A stretch of DNA of 64,000 nucleotides, taken from Gammaproteobacteria bacterium (GTDB lineage: Bacteria > Pseudomonadota > Gammaproteobacteria > Steroidobacterales > Steroidobacteraceae). Under the pieces are notes generated by a model. The model searched no databases. It was not told the DNA's origin and saw nothing but the letters and a program-made list of their open reading frames with translations. Shown one piece after another: positions 26,724 through 40,917 of this stretch. Position 1 is the stretch's first letter, and each line of letters starts with the position of its first letter. A program made the position numbers and the translations under genes. Where the stretch lies: positions 259 to 64,258 of the forward strand of contig JAFAPI010000114.1 in assembly GCA_019247195.1 (NCBI GenBank). Reading direction: 5' to 3'.

Positions 26724-27140
26724 GTGCGCGCGGCGGCACTCAGCGCGCTGCTGCTGGCCCCGGCCGGCTATGCCAGCCCCGCTCAGGACTACGTGCTCTA
26801 TTGCATGGGTTGCCACGGCCCTGAGGCACAGGGCCTCCCGGGCCGTATTCCCCCGCTCGCTGGGACGCTGGCCCTCTTCATGATGACCCCCACCGGTCGC
26901 GACTACGTGCTGCGCGTGCCGGGCGCTGCCAACACCGCGCTGCCGGATGCGCAGCTGACGGCGGTGCTCAACTGGCTGGCGGAGCGCTTCCCGGCGGCTG
27001 CTGTGCCGGCGCCTGCGCCCTTCCGCCTTGAGGAAGTGAGCGCGGCGCGACACCGACCGCTCGCAGACGTGCAGGCCACCCGTCGCGAAGTGGTACGGGC
27101 GCTCGCCGTGCGTGACGGCGCACCCGCGCTCACTTATTAG
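26724..27140 (+). CDS. Mono-haem c-type cytochrome (paralogue of the preceding gene)
   Basis: The GTG start lies 3 nt after the upstream stop. It has a signal peptide and a single CMGCH site. It shares the D..L.A.LN(W/F) block with the previous cytochrome. Confidence 0.7.
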   Translation: MRAAALSALLLAPAGYASPAQDYVLYCMGCHGPEAQGLPGRIPPLAGTLALFMMTPTGRDYVLRVPGAANTALPDAQLTAVLNWLAERFPAAAVPAPAPFRLEEVSAARHRPLADVQATRREVVRALAVRDGAPALTY

Positions 27141-27147
27141 TCGTGAG

Positions 27148-27181
27148 GCTCCGGCCCGCACCCGATGGCGCGGGCCGGAGC
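27148..27181. terminator. GC-rich hairpin between convergent genes (terminator candidate)
   Basis: GCTCCGGCCCGC (27148-27159) pairs perfectly with GCGGGCCGGAGC (27170-27181), followed by TTGATT. It lies between the cytochrome c stop and the TonB-receptor stop. Confidence 0.5.
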
Positions 27182-27186
27182 TTGAT

Positions 27187-29664
27187 TCAGTGACGGTAGA
27201 TGAAGGTTAGCCCATAGGTGCGTGGGCGCCAGGTGTACTCGCGCAGCAGCCGCTCGCCCGCCGCGATCGTGCATGAGCCGGGCACACCCGCGGTGGGGCA
27301 GATCGTGTTGTTGAAGTCGATGACCGGGTGCGAGTTCGCCACGTTGTCGATGAAGGCGCTCGCCTGCCATCCGCCCAGCTCCACTCCGGCGCGAAGGCTG
27401 GTGAAGGTGGTACCGGGTAACACGAAGTTGGCTTCGTCGTACTGCAAGGTGCGGGGATCCTGCCCGGGCGAAGGCCACTTCGAGCGTCCCTGATATTCCG
27501 CATCGCCGCGCACGAAGGCCTGATGCCCGAAGGCACCGAAGCGGTACTCCACCCCCAGTGTGGCGGTCACTGGCGAGGTCGGCTGACCGCCGCCGGTCTC
27601 GCTCGCCACTCCGGTGATCGCGTCGCCGCTGCCGACTACCGGACCGGTCACGCTGCTCGCGCTCAGTGACGAATCACGACTGTAGCGCGCGTCGGTGTAA
27701 CCGGCCGCGAGCTCCACCTGCAGCTGGTCGGTCACGGCGATATCCGCCTGGATGTCGGCCCCCTTGGCGATCGCCTGGCCGAGGTTCGAGATGAATGAGA
27801 TCTGGCAGATGGGCGGGATGACGGTCTGCTGGATGTTGTTCCAGCGGATGTAGTAGATGCTGCTCGCCAGCCGCACGCGTCCGCCAAGGTTGTTCTTGGC
27901 GCCGACCTCATAACTGTTCACCGAATCGGAATTGAAGGTGGTGGGCGCCGCGGAAATGCCGAAGTTCTGGAAATCCTGCGCGCAGGCGGCGTACGGCAGC
28001 GGGTTATTGGCGCCACCGGGGCGGAAGCCCTTTGCATAGGTGAAGTAGTAGAGGTCGCCCGGGTCGGCTTGGAACTGCAGGCTGACCTTGGGCGTGAAGG
28101 CGTTCTCTGAATTGTTGCCGGTGCCCGGGCTCGTGTTGGCATAGAGCTGCGGTCCGCCAGTCAGAGTCTCGAAGGAGTACTTGTTCTTCGAGAAGCGCGC
28201 ACCGAGCGTTCCCTTTAGCTGGTCGGTGAAGCTGTAGGTCGCCTCGCCAAACAGCGCGTATTGCTCGTCGCGGGCGTGCGTCTTGAGAAAGTATGAGTCG
28301 AATGGATAGTTCGGGTCATAGCCGATGCCACCGAAAATCACCGGAAAGTGCTGTCCGGTGAGCACCAGCGACAGTTCATCCAGCAGCGGATCGTGGATCT
28401 GCTCGAGGTAGCTCTGGCGGTTGACGGTCATGAATACGCCGGTGGTCCAGATGAGCTTGGCGCTGGGATCGTTCGACACCAGGCGCAATTCCTGCGTGAT
28501 GTTTTCCTGCCCGTTATCGATGGTGGAGGGAGAGCGATAGTCGAGCGCACCCGCCGGCAGATGCACGCCCTGGGCATCGAGCAGATCGTTACCCGGAAAG
28601 GCATATACCTGGTAGAAACCAAGGTTGTAGAGCGTGCCCTCGTAGCCGGTCTGCTCCTGGCGGTGGAAGTACGAAGTGTTGGAGATGAATGTCGCGAAGC
28701 TCAGGTCACCCTGCAACTTGAGCGACGCAATGTAGAACTTGTCGGGCACCTTGCGCTGCGTCGGGTCGGCGTTGACGAAACGGTCATGCGCGGGGTCGGA
28801 GTAGATTGGCCAGAAGTTGTCGATGTCGTTGCGCCGCGCGTCCTGGTAGTACACGCTCGGCGTCAAACTCCACTTCTCCGACAAGCCCCAGATGGCCGCG
28901 AGCCGCAGCAAGAGCGTATCGCGGTAGTTGGCGCGCTTCTGCACCGGCGCCAGTGTCACCGGGTCGATGCGATCCACCCAGCCCCCGTCATGCCGGTAGG
29001 AGAAAGCAAAGCGCGCCCCGAAGGTGCCGGGCACCAGCGGCCCACCCATCGCTGCCCCAGCCTCGTAACTGGGATCGCCATGCTCGGTGGTGGCGATCTC
29101 CTCGCGGCTGTAGATGCTGGTCTTGGACAGACTCGGCTGCGTGGTGATGTAGCGGACCGTGCCGCCCTCGGAGCCGGCGCCGAACAAAGTACCCTGCGGC
29201 CCACGCAGCACTTCCACGCGGTCGATATCGAATGATTTTGGCAGCGCCTCGTCGGGGTTGAACGCGAGGGCGCGCATCTGGATCGGGGTGTCGTCCAGAT
29301 AGATGCCGGTCGTGCCGGCGCCACCGGTGCCGGAGATGCCGCGGATCGATATGTTATTGGTGCCGGAATTGTCGAAGTTCACTCCGGGCGTGAAGCGTGC
29401 CACCTCGGAGAAATCCTTGATGCCGCGATCATCGAGACTCTCCTGGGTCAGCGCCGTGACGCTGATGGGCACGCGGCTCAGGCTTTCCTCGCGGCGGGTG
29501 GCCGTCACCGTGATCTCCTGTAGCAGCGGTGCGGTCGCCTCACTGGCCGCGGCCTGCTCCTGGGCGGGCACCGGCTGGGTAGCGACCGTCAGCCACAGGA
29601 GGGCGAGCGTCGCCGCGACGCGTTCGGTATGGTTCATGACCGCTGACAAGGAACTCCTGCGCAT
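27187..29664 (-). CDS. TonB-dependent outer-membrane receptor
   Basis: Plug-domain blocks are present (EITVTATRREESLSRVPISVTAL, RGISGTGGAGTTGIYLDDTPI, DRVEVLRGPQGTLFG) ahead of a long beta-barrel. AGGGG lies 7 nt before the ATG at 29664. Confidence 0.85.
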   Translation of the reverse strand: MRRSSLSAVMNHTERVAATLALLWLTVATQPVPAQEQAAASEATAPLLQEITVTATRREESLSRVPISVTALTQESLDDRGIKDFSEVARFTPGVNFDNSGTNNISIRGISGTGGAGTTGIYLDDTPIQMRALAFNPDEALPKSFDIDRVEVLRGPQGTLFGAGSEGGTVRYITTQPSLSKTSIYSREEIATTEHGDPSYEAGAAMGGPLVPGTFGARFAFSYRHDGGWVDRIDPVTLAPVQKRANYRDTLLLRLAAIWGLSEKWSLTPSVYYQDARRNDIDNFWPIYSDPAHDRFVNADPTQRKVPDKFYIASLKLQGDLSFATFISNTSYFHRQEQTGYEGTLYNLGFYQVYAFPGNDLLDAQGVHLPAGALDYRSPSTIDNGQENITQELRLVSNDPSAKLIWTTGVFMTVNRQSYLEQIHDPLLDELSLVLTGQHFPVIFGGIGYDPNYPFDSYFLKTHARDEQYALFGEATYSFTDQLKGTLGARFSKNKYSFETLTGGPQLYANTSPGTGNNSENAFTPKVSLQFQADPGDLYYFTYAKGFRPGGANNPLPYAACAQDFQNFGISAAPTTFNSDSVNSYEVGAKNNLGGRVRLASSIYYIRWNNIQQTVIPPICQISFISNLGQAIAKGADIQADIAVTDQLQVELAAGYTDARYSRDSSLSASSVTGPVVGSGDAITGVASETGGGQPTSPVTATLGVEYRFGAFGHQAFVRGDAEYQGRSKWPSPGQDPRTLQYDEANFVLPGTTFTSLRAGVELGGWQASAFIDNVANSHPVIDFNNTICPTAGVPGSCTIAAGERLLREYTWRPRTYGLTFIYRH

Positions 29665-29836
29665 GGGACACCCCTGGATGTTGTTTGCATGCCGCAGCGC
29701 CGCTGCGGTGTATCGAAAGCTCGCGACCTCAGGTCTCAAGACTACGCGGGACCGTCCCGGTTCGCACCCACCACGGCCTGCTTGCGCTGCGCGCGCTCCT
29801 GTGCTGGGAGCGGACGCGCCGCGCGCGAACGCGCGC

Positions 29837-31237
29837 TCAGGGTCCGGCCGTTCCTGCCACCGGCTGTGCGGCGCGCGCACGCCGCCGTGAATTGACCAGC
29901 AGGAAGGCGAGCACGGCGAGGGCGAGCGACAGGATGCTTGCCTTCAGGTCCGCGGTCATTGCCGGGGTCAACGCCATGCCGATCAGCACGGCAGTCATCC
30001 CCGCCAGCGCCGCGTAGCTCGCCCACGGGAAGAACCACATCGACAGTGCCGGGGCGGGCGCGCCCGCGGCTTCGCGCTGGCGGCGCAGGCGGATGTGCGC
30101 CACGGTGATCATCATGTAGATGAATACCATCAGGGCGCCCGAGGCGTTGACCAGGAACGCAAACACCGTCTGCGACGAGGCCGTGGCCGCCAGGATGCCA
30201 AGCACACCCGCGAGGCTACCCATCCATACCGAGCGGGTCGGAACGCGCCGAGCGTTCAGCTGCACCAGCCACTGCGGGGCATCGCCATGCTCGGCGAGCA
30301 CGAACAGGACGCGTGAGCACACATAGAAGGCGGAATTGAGACAGGACAGGACCGCGGTGAGGATGATCACACTCATCGCCAGGCTGGCCCAGCGGAACTG
30401 CATCGTCGTCAATGCCAACGTGAAGGGCGACTCACCGACCCGCACGCTGGTCCAGGGCACCACGCTCACGATCAGCAGCACCGAACCTACATAGAAAGTT
30501 AGAATACGCACGATCACCGTCGTGCTCATCCGCGCCACCGCGCGCGCCGGCTCCTGCGACTCCGCCGCAGCGATGGTGGTGATCTCTGCCCCCGTGAGTG
30601 AGAAGTACACCGTCACGGCGCCAGCCAGCACCGAGATCCAACCGTGCGGCATGAATCCGCCATAAGCGGTCAGATTGGAGAAGGTGGGGCCATGCGGCGC
30701 GGTGAGTCCGCAGGCGTAGGCTGCCGCGAGTGCGATGAAGACGATGATAGCCGCCACCTTGATCGAGGCGAACCAGAACTCGAACTCGCCGTACGAGCGG
30801 GCCGACATCAGGTTGACCGCGGTCATCACCCCCATCAGCACCAGCCCGAGTGCGAGCGGGGGCAGGCCGAACCAGCCGTGCAGGATGTTGGCGCCGGCGA
30901 TCGCCTCGACCGGCACGACGATCATCCAGAAGTACCAGTAGAGCCAGCCGGCGATGAAGCCGCCCCATTGTCCGAGTCCCGCACGTGCGAACTCGGTAAA
31001 CGAGCGTACGTTCGGCAGCGACATCGCCATCTCGCCCAGCATGCGCATCACCAGCAGCACCAGCGTGCCGGTGAGGAGATAGCTCAACACGATGGCCGGG
31101 CCGGTCGCGGCAATCGCGGCGCTACTGCTGACGAACAGTCCGGCGCCGATCATGCCGCCGATGGAGATCATGGTGATGTGCCGCGGTTGCAGCGACCGAC
31201 TGAGCTCGGGCATGCGCTTGTCCCCTGCTTCGTTCAT
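29837..31237 (-). CDS. APC-superfamily amino-acid/amine permease (GabP/AroP-like)
   Basis: It reads RSLQPRHITMISIGGMIGAGLFV and has about 12 TM segments. The ATG at 31237 overlaps the IclR stop (ATGA). Confidence 0.85.
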   Translation of the reverse strand: MNEAGDKRMPELSRSLQPRHITMISIGGMIGAGLFVSSSAAIAATGPAIVLSYLLTGTLVLLVMRMLGEMAMSLPNVRSFTEFARAGLGQWGGFIAGWLYWYFWMIVVPVEAIAGANILHGWFGLPPLALGLVLMGVMTAVNLMSARSYGEFEFWFASIKVAAIIVFIALAAAYACGLTAPHGPTFSNLTAYGGFMPHGWISVLAGAVTVYFSLTGAEITTIAAAESQEPARAVARMSTTVIVRILTFYVGSVLLIVSVVPWTSVRVGESPFTLALTTMQFRWASLAMSVIILTAVLSCLNSAFYVCSRVLFVLAEHGDAPQWLVQLNARRVPTRSVWMGSLAGVLGILAATASSQTVFAFLVNASGALMVFIYMMITVAHIRLRRQREAAGAPAPALSMWFFPWASYAALAGMTAVLIGMALTPAMTADLKASILSLALAVLAFLLVNSRRRARAAQPVAGTAGP

Positions 31238-32049
31238 GACGCCTGCAGCCGCAGCGATTGGCCGGGCGAGGCGGCGCGGGCCGTCTGCAGCAGGAGCGGG
31301 GCGAGTTTGCTCCGCAGCTCCGGCAGGCTCCAGCGGCTGGTCGGGGCGGAGATGTTCACGGCCCCAAGCGGCTGCCCGTCCGGCCCCAGCACCGCAGCGG
31401 CAATCGTCAGATCGCCGCGATAGCACTCCTGGTCCGACCAGGCGTAGCCCGCCTCGCGGGCCTCCTCGATGCGACGCCAGATGGCCGCGGTATCGGTGAG
31501 GGTGTAGGGGGTGAGCGGCTTCAGGTCCGTACGCCGCAGCAGCCGCTGGGCGAGGGGCGCGGGCAGCGCCGACAGATAGGCGCGGCCCGAGGCAGTGCAG
31601 TAGAGCGGCAGGCGCCGTCCGATCGGCATGTGGATGTAAAAGCGCTTGAGGCTGGGAAAGCGCGCGATGAACACCATGTCGCTGCCGTCCGGCTCCGAGA
31701 GGCTGACGGACTCCCCGCTCGCCTGGTTCAACTCAATGAGGTGCGTGGTGGCGTGCTCGAGCAGCTCGTGGCCGGCTAGATACGCGTGCGCGAGCGTCAG
31801 CGAGCGCAGGGTCAGCACCCAGCGCTGCATGCGCGGATCACGGCGCAGGAAACCGAGCCGCACCAGGGTATGGGTGCAGCGCTGTGCGGAACTCGTGGTC
31901 ATGCCGACGCTGGCGGCAAGCTCGGCGAGACTCAGCGCGCGGCGCTCGCCGCCGAACACCTCGAGGATTGCGAGCGCCTTCTCCACCGAACGGTTGAACA
32001 GCGGATCGCGCGATCGGGCCGAGAGCGGCTTGCGCGGCAGGCGCTTCAT
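31234..32049 (-). CDS. IclR-family transcriptional regulator
   Basis: The N-terminal wHTH reads SVEKALAILEVFGGERRALSLAELAASVGMTTSSAQRCTHTLVRLGFL. An IclR-type C-terminal effector domain follows. Confidence 0.85.
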   Translation of the reverse strand: MKRLPRKPLSARSRDPLFNRSVEKALAILEVFGGERRALSLAELAASVGMTTSSAQRCTHTLVRLGFLRRDPRMQRWVLTLRSLTLAHAYLAGHELLEHATTHLIELNQASGESVSLSEPDGSDMVFIARFPSLKRFYIHMPIGRRLPLYCTASGRAYLSALPAPLAQRLLRRTDLKPLTPYTLTDTAAIWRRIEEAREAGYAWSDQECYRGDLTIAAAVLGPDGQPLGAVNISAPTSRWSLPELRSKLAPLLLQTARAASPGQSLRLQAS

Positions 32050-32064
32050 TGGAATGCAGTATAG

Positions 32065-32084
32065 GACTATCGATTATCGATAGT

Positions 32085-32085
<1 letters not shown>
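32065..32085. promoter_or_regulatory. Perfect 10-1-10 palindrome, putative IclR autoregulatory operator
   Basis: GACTATCGAT-T-ATCGATAGTC ends 16 nt upstream of the IclR start codon. It is strikingly AT-rich for this DNA. Confidence 0.55.
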
Positions 32086-34700
<2,615 letters not shown>

Positions 34701-34726
<26 letters not shown>

Positions 34727-35351
34727 CGACACCGGCCGGCGGGGTGAAGCTCACCTCGGCGTCGCTGACCGGAACATTGCGTGCAATGCTGTCGAACACG
34801 AGGGTGGCGGTCTGGCCCAGCCGGTCATCCAGGATCATGCGACGCAGCTCATCACCGGCGAAACCGAACAGCGCACTGCGGAAGTCCGCATCGCGGCCAT
34901 TGGGCTCGACCAGCACCCACTCCAAGCCCTCACGCGCGCCGGCGGTTGAAATCTTGAAGTTCTGTCGCAGGTCGACGGCACCGGACAGCAGCATCGCGGG
35001 AGTGGCCGACAGGGCCGCATCCACGGCTTTTACCGTGACCTGCTGCAGGTCCCGGTCAAGGAACCACAGATTCTTACCATCGCAGACCATGAGCTGGCCG
35101 GCGCTATCGGGGCCGGCAGCCTGCGGATGGATCTCCCAGCTGAACTTGCCAGGACGTACGACCACTAGTTTGCCCCTAGCGCGGTCGACCTCACGTCCAT
35201 GCGCGTCGACCAGGGTTTGCAGAAAGCTGGCCCGCAACGTTTTCAGGCCGCTCAGGTAATGATCGAGCGGTGTCTCGGCCCCCTGCGCGCTGAGGGCGGT
35301 ACTGAGTGCGAGCAGCAGCGCCATGCACCGCGCCGCCCCGACCCGCGGCAT
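34701..35351 (-). CDS. lolA: Outer-membrane lipoprotein carrier protein LolA
   Basis: It has a signal peptide (MALLLALSTALSAQG) and LolA blocks (F.Q..VD..GR..D...G.L.V.RPGKF.W). It sits in the conserved ftsK-lolA-rarA-serS order. Confidence 0.85.
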
Positions 35352-35358
35352 ACGCACC

Positions 35359-37686
35359 CTAGTCCTCCGGCGGCGCCGGTGCGAGCACGTCGCGCGCGCC
35401 GTTTGCCTGCAGCGGCCCCACCAATCCGGCGATTTCCATCGCCTCCAGCAGACGGGCCGCACGGTTGTATCCGATCTTCAGCCGCCGCTGCACGTACGAG
35501 ATCGAGGGCTTGCGCTCGCTGGTTACGATGCGAACCGCCTCATCGTAGAGCGGGTCCTGCTCGGCATCGCCTTCCGCGCCGCCGGCCCCCGTCTCCGTCT
35601 CCTCGCCCGCGAGGCCCGGGATCGGCGCCGAGGGTCCGGACAGCACTTCCTCGAGATAACTGGGCGGCGTCGCGGTCTTCAGCGCCTCCACCACGCGGTG
35701 CACTTCCTGATCGGAGACGAAGGCACCGTGCACCCGGATCGGGAGTGAGGTGCCGGGCGGCAGGTATAGCATGTCGCCGTGCCCGAGCAGGGTCTCCGCC
35801 CCCATCTGGTCGAGGATGGTGCGCGAGTCCACCCGCGCGGAGACCTGGAAGGCGATGCGACAGGGGATGTTCGCCTTGATGAGTCCCGTGATCACGTCCA
35901 CCGACGGCCGCTGGGTGGCGAGCACCAGATGCAAGCCCGAGGCGCGCGCCTTCTGCGCCAGGCGGGTGATCAGCTCCTCGACCTTCTTGCCGACGATCAT
36001 CATCAGGTCGGCGAGCTCATCCACCACAACCACCACGTATGGCAGGGGCGTCAGATCGGGGATCTCGCGCTGATCAATACTCGGATCATTGGCGGCGCGC
36101 TGCATCAGCAGCGGGTCGCGGATGGGCTTGCCCTCATCGCTCGCTTCCTTGACGCGACGATTGAAGCCGCTGATGTTGCGCACGCCGAGCGCGGCCATCA
36201 GCTGGTAGCGACGCTCCATCTCCGCCACGCACCAGCGCAGCGCGTTGGCCGCCTGCTTCATGTCCGTGACGACCGGCGCGAGCAAGTGCGGGATGCCCTC
36301 ATAGACCGACAGCTCGAGCATCTTCGGATCAATCATGATCAGACGCACATGCTCGGCCGTGGACTTGTAGAGCAGCGATAGCACCATGGCGTTGATGCCG
36401 ACCGACTTGCCCGAGCCGGTGGTGCCGGCGATGAGCAGATGCGGCATGCGGGTCAGGTCCGCCACCATGGGCTGCCCGCCGATGTCCTTGCCGAGCGCGA
36501 GCGCAAGCGGCGAGTGCATCTCGTCGTACGCCTTGGAGCGGATGATCTCACCCAGGGTGACGACCTCGCGCTTCTCGTTGGCGATCTCGAGCCCCATCAC
36601 GCTCTTGCCCGGAATGACCTCCACCACCCGCACCGATAGCACCGACAGTGCACGCGCGAGATCCTTGGCGAGCGCCGTTATCTGGCTGGCCTTAACCCCC
36701 GGTGCGGGTCGCAGCTCAAAACGGGTCACCACCGGTCCGGGCTGCACCGCCACGACCTCGGCGTCGATGGCGAAGTCCTTGAGCTTCATTTCCACCAGCC
36801 TCGACAGAGCCTCGAGTGCCTCGGCGGAATAGAGCGGCTCGCGCGGCGGGGGGTCGTCGAGCAGCTTGAGCGGCGGGAGCTCGCTCGCCTTCGGCGGGTC
36901 GAAGAGCGGCACCTGCCGCTCGCGCTCCACGCGCGCGCTCTTCTCCACTCCCGGCGTCGGCGCCTCGATACGTGGCGGCGCGCGGCTCGCGGTCTTGCGC
37001 TGCTCGCTCTGTACGGCCTCCTTGCGTGCCTGACGCCGCTCGCGCCCCTCGGCGGCATCGCGCGAGGAAGCCGGCCGGCTGCGCAGCCAGCGGATGCCAC
37101 GCCAAGTGAGCGCCCCGAGCTGGTCCATCACCGTGAACCAGGAGACACCGAAGGCCAGCGACAGACCGGCCATCCAGGCCGCGATCAGCAAAAGTGTCGC
37201 ACCGAGGAAGTTGAGTCCGGCGGCGAGCCCGCCACCCACCATCGAGCCAACCACGCCCCCGGCGGTCTGGCGCAGCAGCCCGGGCTGCCAATGCAGAGTG
37301 GTCAGTGCGCAGCTCGCGATCAGCAGCAGCACGAAGCCCCCGATGCGCACCAGGGTGTTGGCGCGCGAGCTGGACTCGGCGCGGATGCGTCGCTGCAGGG
37401 CCCAGCCGGCGAAGCCGAGCACGAGCGGCAGCAGGAACGCGGGGCGTCCGAACAGAAAGAACAACACGTCCGCCAGCCAGGCGCCGACCACGCCGATGCG
37501 GTTGTGCACCGGTGCCGCCCCGCCGGTAAAGGAAAAGCCAGGGTCTTGCGGGCTGTAGCTGAGGAGCGCGGTGAGCACCACCAGCGCGACGATAGCGATG
37601 GCGATCACGGCACTTTCGCGCAAGCCACGGCTCACCGCCGCCGTGAAACGAATTCCCCCACGCGCGTTCGCCGACGTCTCTGCCAA
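35359..37686 (-). CDS. ftsK: DNA translocase FtsK
   Basis: N-terminal TM segments and a low-complexity linker precede the motor domain ([31 protein letters not shown]). A C-terminal gamma wHTH is present ([22 protein letters not shown]). Confidence 0.95.
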   Translation of the reverse strand: MAETSANARGGIRFTAAVSRGLRESAVIAIAIVALVVLTALLSYSPQDPGFSFTGGAAPVHNRIGVVGAWLADVLFFLFGRPAFLLPLVLGFAGWALQRRIRAESSSRANTLVRIGGFVLLLIASCALTTLHWQPGLLRQTAGGVVGSMVGGGLAAGLNFLGATLLLIAAWMAGLSLAFGVSWFTVMDQLGALTWRGIRWLRSRPASSRDAAEGRERRQARKEAVQSEQRKTASRAPPRIEAPTPGVEKSARVERERQVPLFDPPKASELPPLKLLDDPPPREPLYSAEALEALSRLVEMKLKDFAIDAEVVAVQPGPVVTRFELRPAPGVKASQITALAKDLARALSVLSVRVVEVIPGKSVMGLEIANEKREVVTLGEIIRSKAYDEMHSPLALALGKDIGGQPMVADLTRMPHLLIAGTTGSGKSVGINAMVLSLLYKSTAEHVRLIMIDPKMLELSVYEGIPHLLAPVVTDMKQAANALRWCVAEMERRYQLMAALGVRNISGFNRRVKEASDEGKPIRDPLLMQRAANDPSIDQREIPDLTPLPYVVVVVDELADLMMIVGKKVEELITRLAQKARASGLHLVLATQRPSVDVITGLIKANIPCRIAFQVSARVDSRTILDQMGAETLLGHGDMLYLPPGTSLPIRVHGAFVSDQEVHRVVEALKTATPPSYLEEVLSGPSAPIPGLAGEETETGAGGAEGDAEQDPLYDEAVRIVTSERKPSISYVQRRLKIGYNRAARLLEAMEIAGLVGPLQANGARDVLAPAPPED

Positions 37687-37712
37687 GTCGATGCATCTCC
37701 ACCGGAAGATAG

Positions 37713-38741
<1,029 letters not shown>

Positions 38742-38758
38742 CAGGTCCGCGCGCACCG

Positions 38759-39919
38759 ATGTCCAGGGATACGGTCGAACTCAAGCATGAACTCCGCACG
38801 TTGCCTGCGGCCCAGTGGAACCGCCTGGTGCCCGCGGACTATCCCTTCATGCGGCATGAGTTCCTCAGCGCACTCGAGCAGACCGGCTGCGTGGGCAGCG
38901 CGCGCGGCTGGGAGCCGCGGTACCTCATCCTGAGCGATGAGCGCGGACCGACGGCTGCCGCCGCCACTTATATAAAGAGCCACTCGTACGGCGAGTTCGT
39001 CTTTGATTTCGCCTGGGCACGCGCCTATGAGCGCATCGGGCTGCGCTATTACCCCAAGCTCACGCTGGCCGCGCCGTTCACACCCGCCACCGGCCCGCGT
39101 TTGCTGACCCTACCCGGCGCAGCGGGCCAGCTCGCCCCGCGGCTGCTGCAGGCGCTGGAGCACCACACGCTCGCGCACGGCTGGTCGAGCATCCATGCAC
39201 TGTTCGTGGACGAGCCGGCGCGGCTAGCCTGCGAGGCGCGCGGCTGGCTGCTGCGGCGCGACTGCCAGTTCCACTGGTACAACCGCGGCTATGCCACCTT
39301 CGAGGAGTATCTCGCGACCTTCACCGCGGAGAAGCGCAAGAAGGTGCGGCGCGAGCGCCGCCGGGTGGCGGAGGCAGGGGTGCGATTCGAGACGCGACGG
39401 GGCGCACAGCTCGAGGCGAGAGTGCTCGACCGCATCTATGAGCTGCATCGCGACACCTTCCTGCGCCACGGTCACGAGCCCTATCTCACGCGCGCGTTCT
39501 TCGGCGAGATCGCCCGTACCCTGCCGGATGCCCTGATGGTGAAGCTCGCCCTGCACGGCGGCGATATCGTCGCCGCGGCGATCTTCTTCATCGGCGCGGA
39601 CACCCTGTTCGGCCGCTACTGGGGCGCCGCGGCCGACTACCACAGCCTGCATTTCGAGACCTGCTACCACCAGGGGATCGAGTTCTGCATCGAGCACGGG
39701 ATCGGCCGCTTCGAGCCCGGTACGCAGGGCGAGCACAAGGTGAGTCGCGGCTTTGAGCCAACGCTCACCTGGTCCGCCCACTTCATCGCCGATCCGCGCT
39801 TTCGCGCCGCCATCAGCGATTACCTGGCGCAGGAGGGCACGGCGGTCGAGGCCTACGCGCACGAGGTGCAGACGCACGTGCCGTATCGGGCGCGCCGCAT
39901 GCCAGGCCCGCTGCCATGA
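38759..39919 (+). CDS. DUF482/FemAB-like GNAT-fold protein
   Basis: The N-terminal block (W..L......PF..HEFL.ALE.TGCV....GW.P.YL) and the 386-aa size are typical of this conserved family of unknown function. Confidence 0.65.
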   Translation: MSRDTVELKHELRTLPAAQWNRLVPADYPFMRHEFLSALEQTGCVGSARGWEPRYLILSDERGPTAAAATYIKSHSYGEFVFDFAWARAYERIGLRYYPKLTLAAPFTPATGPRLLTLPGAAGQLAPRLLQALEHHTLAHGWSSIHALFVDEPARLACEARGWLLRRDCQFHWYNRGYATFEEYLATFTAEKRKKVRRERRRVAEAGVRFETRRGAQLEARVLDRIYELHRDTFLRHGHEPYLTRAFFGEIARTLPDALMVKLALHGGDIVAAAIFFIGADTLFGRYWGAAADYHSLHFETCYHQGIEFCIEHGIGRFEPGTQGEHKVSRGFEPTLTWSAHFIADPRFRAAISDYLAQEGTAVEAYAHEVQTHVPYRARRMPGPLP

Positions 39920-40608
39920 GAAGCATCACCTGGCTCTCCCCGCATGATGCGCCGGAATATTTCCCGCCCGCCGAGCAGGCGCTCGAGGAGCCGGCGGGTC
40001 TGCTCGCCGCCGGCGGGGACCTCTCACCGCAGCGGCTGCTCGCCGCCTACCGGCGCGGCATCTTCCCCTGGTACTCCCCCGGCCAGCCGGTGCTGTGGTG
40101 GTCACCTGACCCGCGCGCGGTGCTTTTTCCCGAGGAGTTCCGCTGTACGCGCAGCCTCGCCAAGACGCTGCGCAATGCCGGCTTCACCGCCTCCCTGGAC
40201 CGCGACTTCACGCAGGTCATCGACGGTTGCGCCGCGCCGCGCGCGGCGAGCCCCGGCACCTGGATCACGTCCGAGATGCGCGCTGCCTACCTGCGGCTGC
40301 ATCAGCTTGGCTACGCGCACAGCGTGGAGGTCTGGCACCGCGCAGCCCTGGTGGGAGGGCTGTACGGGGTGCGCCTCGGTGCCGTGTTTTTCGGTGAGTC
40401 GATGTTCAGCCGCGTGCGCGATGCCTCCAAGGTAGCGCTGGCCCACCTCATCGGGGTGTGTCGTCGCAACGCCATGGTGGTGATCGACTGCCAGCTGCCG
40501 TCGCACCACCTCGCGAGCCTGGGTGCGCGCAGCATCCCGCGGCGTCAATTCCAGGCGCTGCTCGCCGAGCATGTCAGCACCGCGGTCATCCCGCTGCAGG
40601 AACCCTGA
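39916..40608 (+). CDS. aat: Leucyl/phenylalanyl-tRNA--protein transferase
   Basis: It reads [26 protein letters not shown] and ..HS.E.W....[17 protein letters not shown]. Confidence 0.9.
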   Translation: MRSITWLSPHDAPEYFPPAEQALEEPAGLLAAGGDLSPQRLLAAYRRGIFPWYSPGQPVLWWSPDPRAVLFPEEFRCTRSLAKTLRNAGFTASLDRDFTQVIDGCAAPRAASPGTWITSEMRAAYLRLHQLGYAHSVEVWHRAALVGGLYGVRLGAVFFGESMFSRVRDASKVALAHLIGVCRRNAMVVIDCQLPSHHLASLGARSIPRRQFQALLAEHVSTAVIPLQEP

Positions 40609-40691
40609 GCCGCTCAGCTTACCCGCCCCGGCAAATTGCCAGCGCGCTGCGCTTATGCTCCAATTCGCGCCCCCGGAGAGCCGCAGGCGCT

Positions 40692-40910
40692 ATGTCGAAA
40701 GAAGACGCGATCCAGATGGAGGGCGAGGTCACTGAGACGCTCCCCAACACGACCTTCCGCGTAAAGCTCAAGAACGGGCACGTCGTCACCGCCCACATCT
40801 CCGGCAAGATGCGCAAGAACTACATCCGCATCCTGACGGGCGACGCGGTGACGGTGGAGATGACTCCCTACGATCTGACCAAGGGCCGCATCATCTACCG
40901 CGGCCGCTGA
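40692..40910 (+). CDS. infA: Translation initiation factor IF-1
   Basis: [72 protein letters not shown] is near-identical to canonical IF-1. Confidence 0.97.
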   Translation: MSKEDAIQMEGEVTETLPNTTFRVKLKNGHVVTAHISGKMRKNYIRILTGDAVTVEMTPYDLTKGRIIYRGR

Positions 40911-40917
40911 CTCCCGC

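Noticed and set aside
26244-27140. The two cytochromes c, considered as a split MauG.
   Set aside because: Each has a single CXXCH and is 138-158 aa long, with class I cytochrome features (signal peptide, distal Met motif). MauG is a di-haem protein of about 40 kDa from the peroxidase family. They are more plausibly electron acceptors.
29700-29800. Cobalamin-riboswitch-like strings upstream of the TonB-dependent receptor. On the minus strand these are GGTGCGAACCGGGACGGTCCCGC followed by AGTCTTGAGACCTGAGG, which resembles the B12 box.
   Set aside because: The conserved GGGAA element, the GCCACTG element and the whole P6 region are missing. The two similar strings are only about 3 nt apart instead of tens of nt. 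The receptor is also much larger than BtuB. This is probably chance similarity, and an Infernal scan with RF00174 would settle it.
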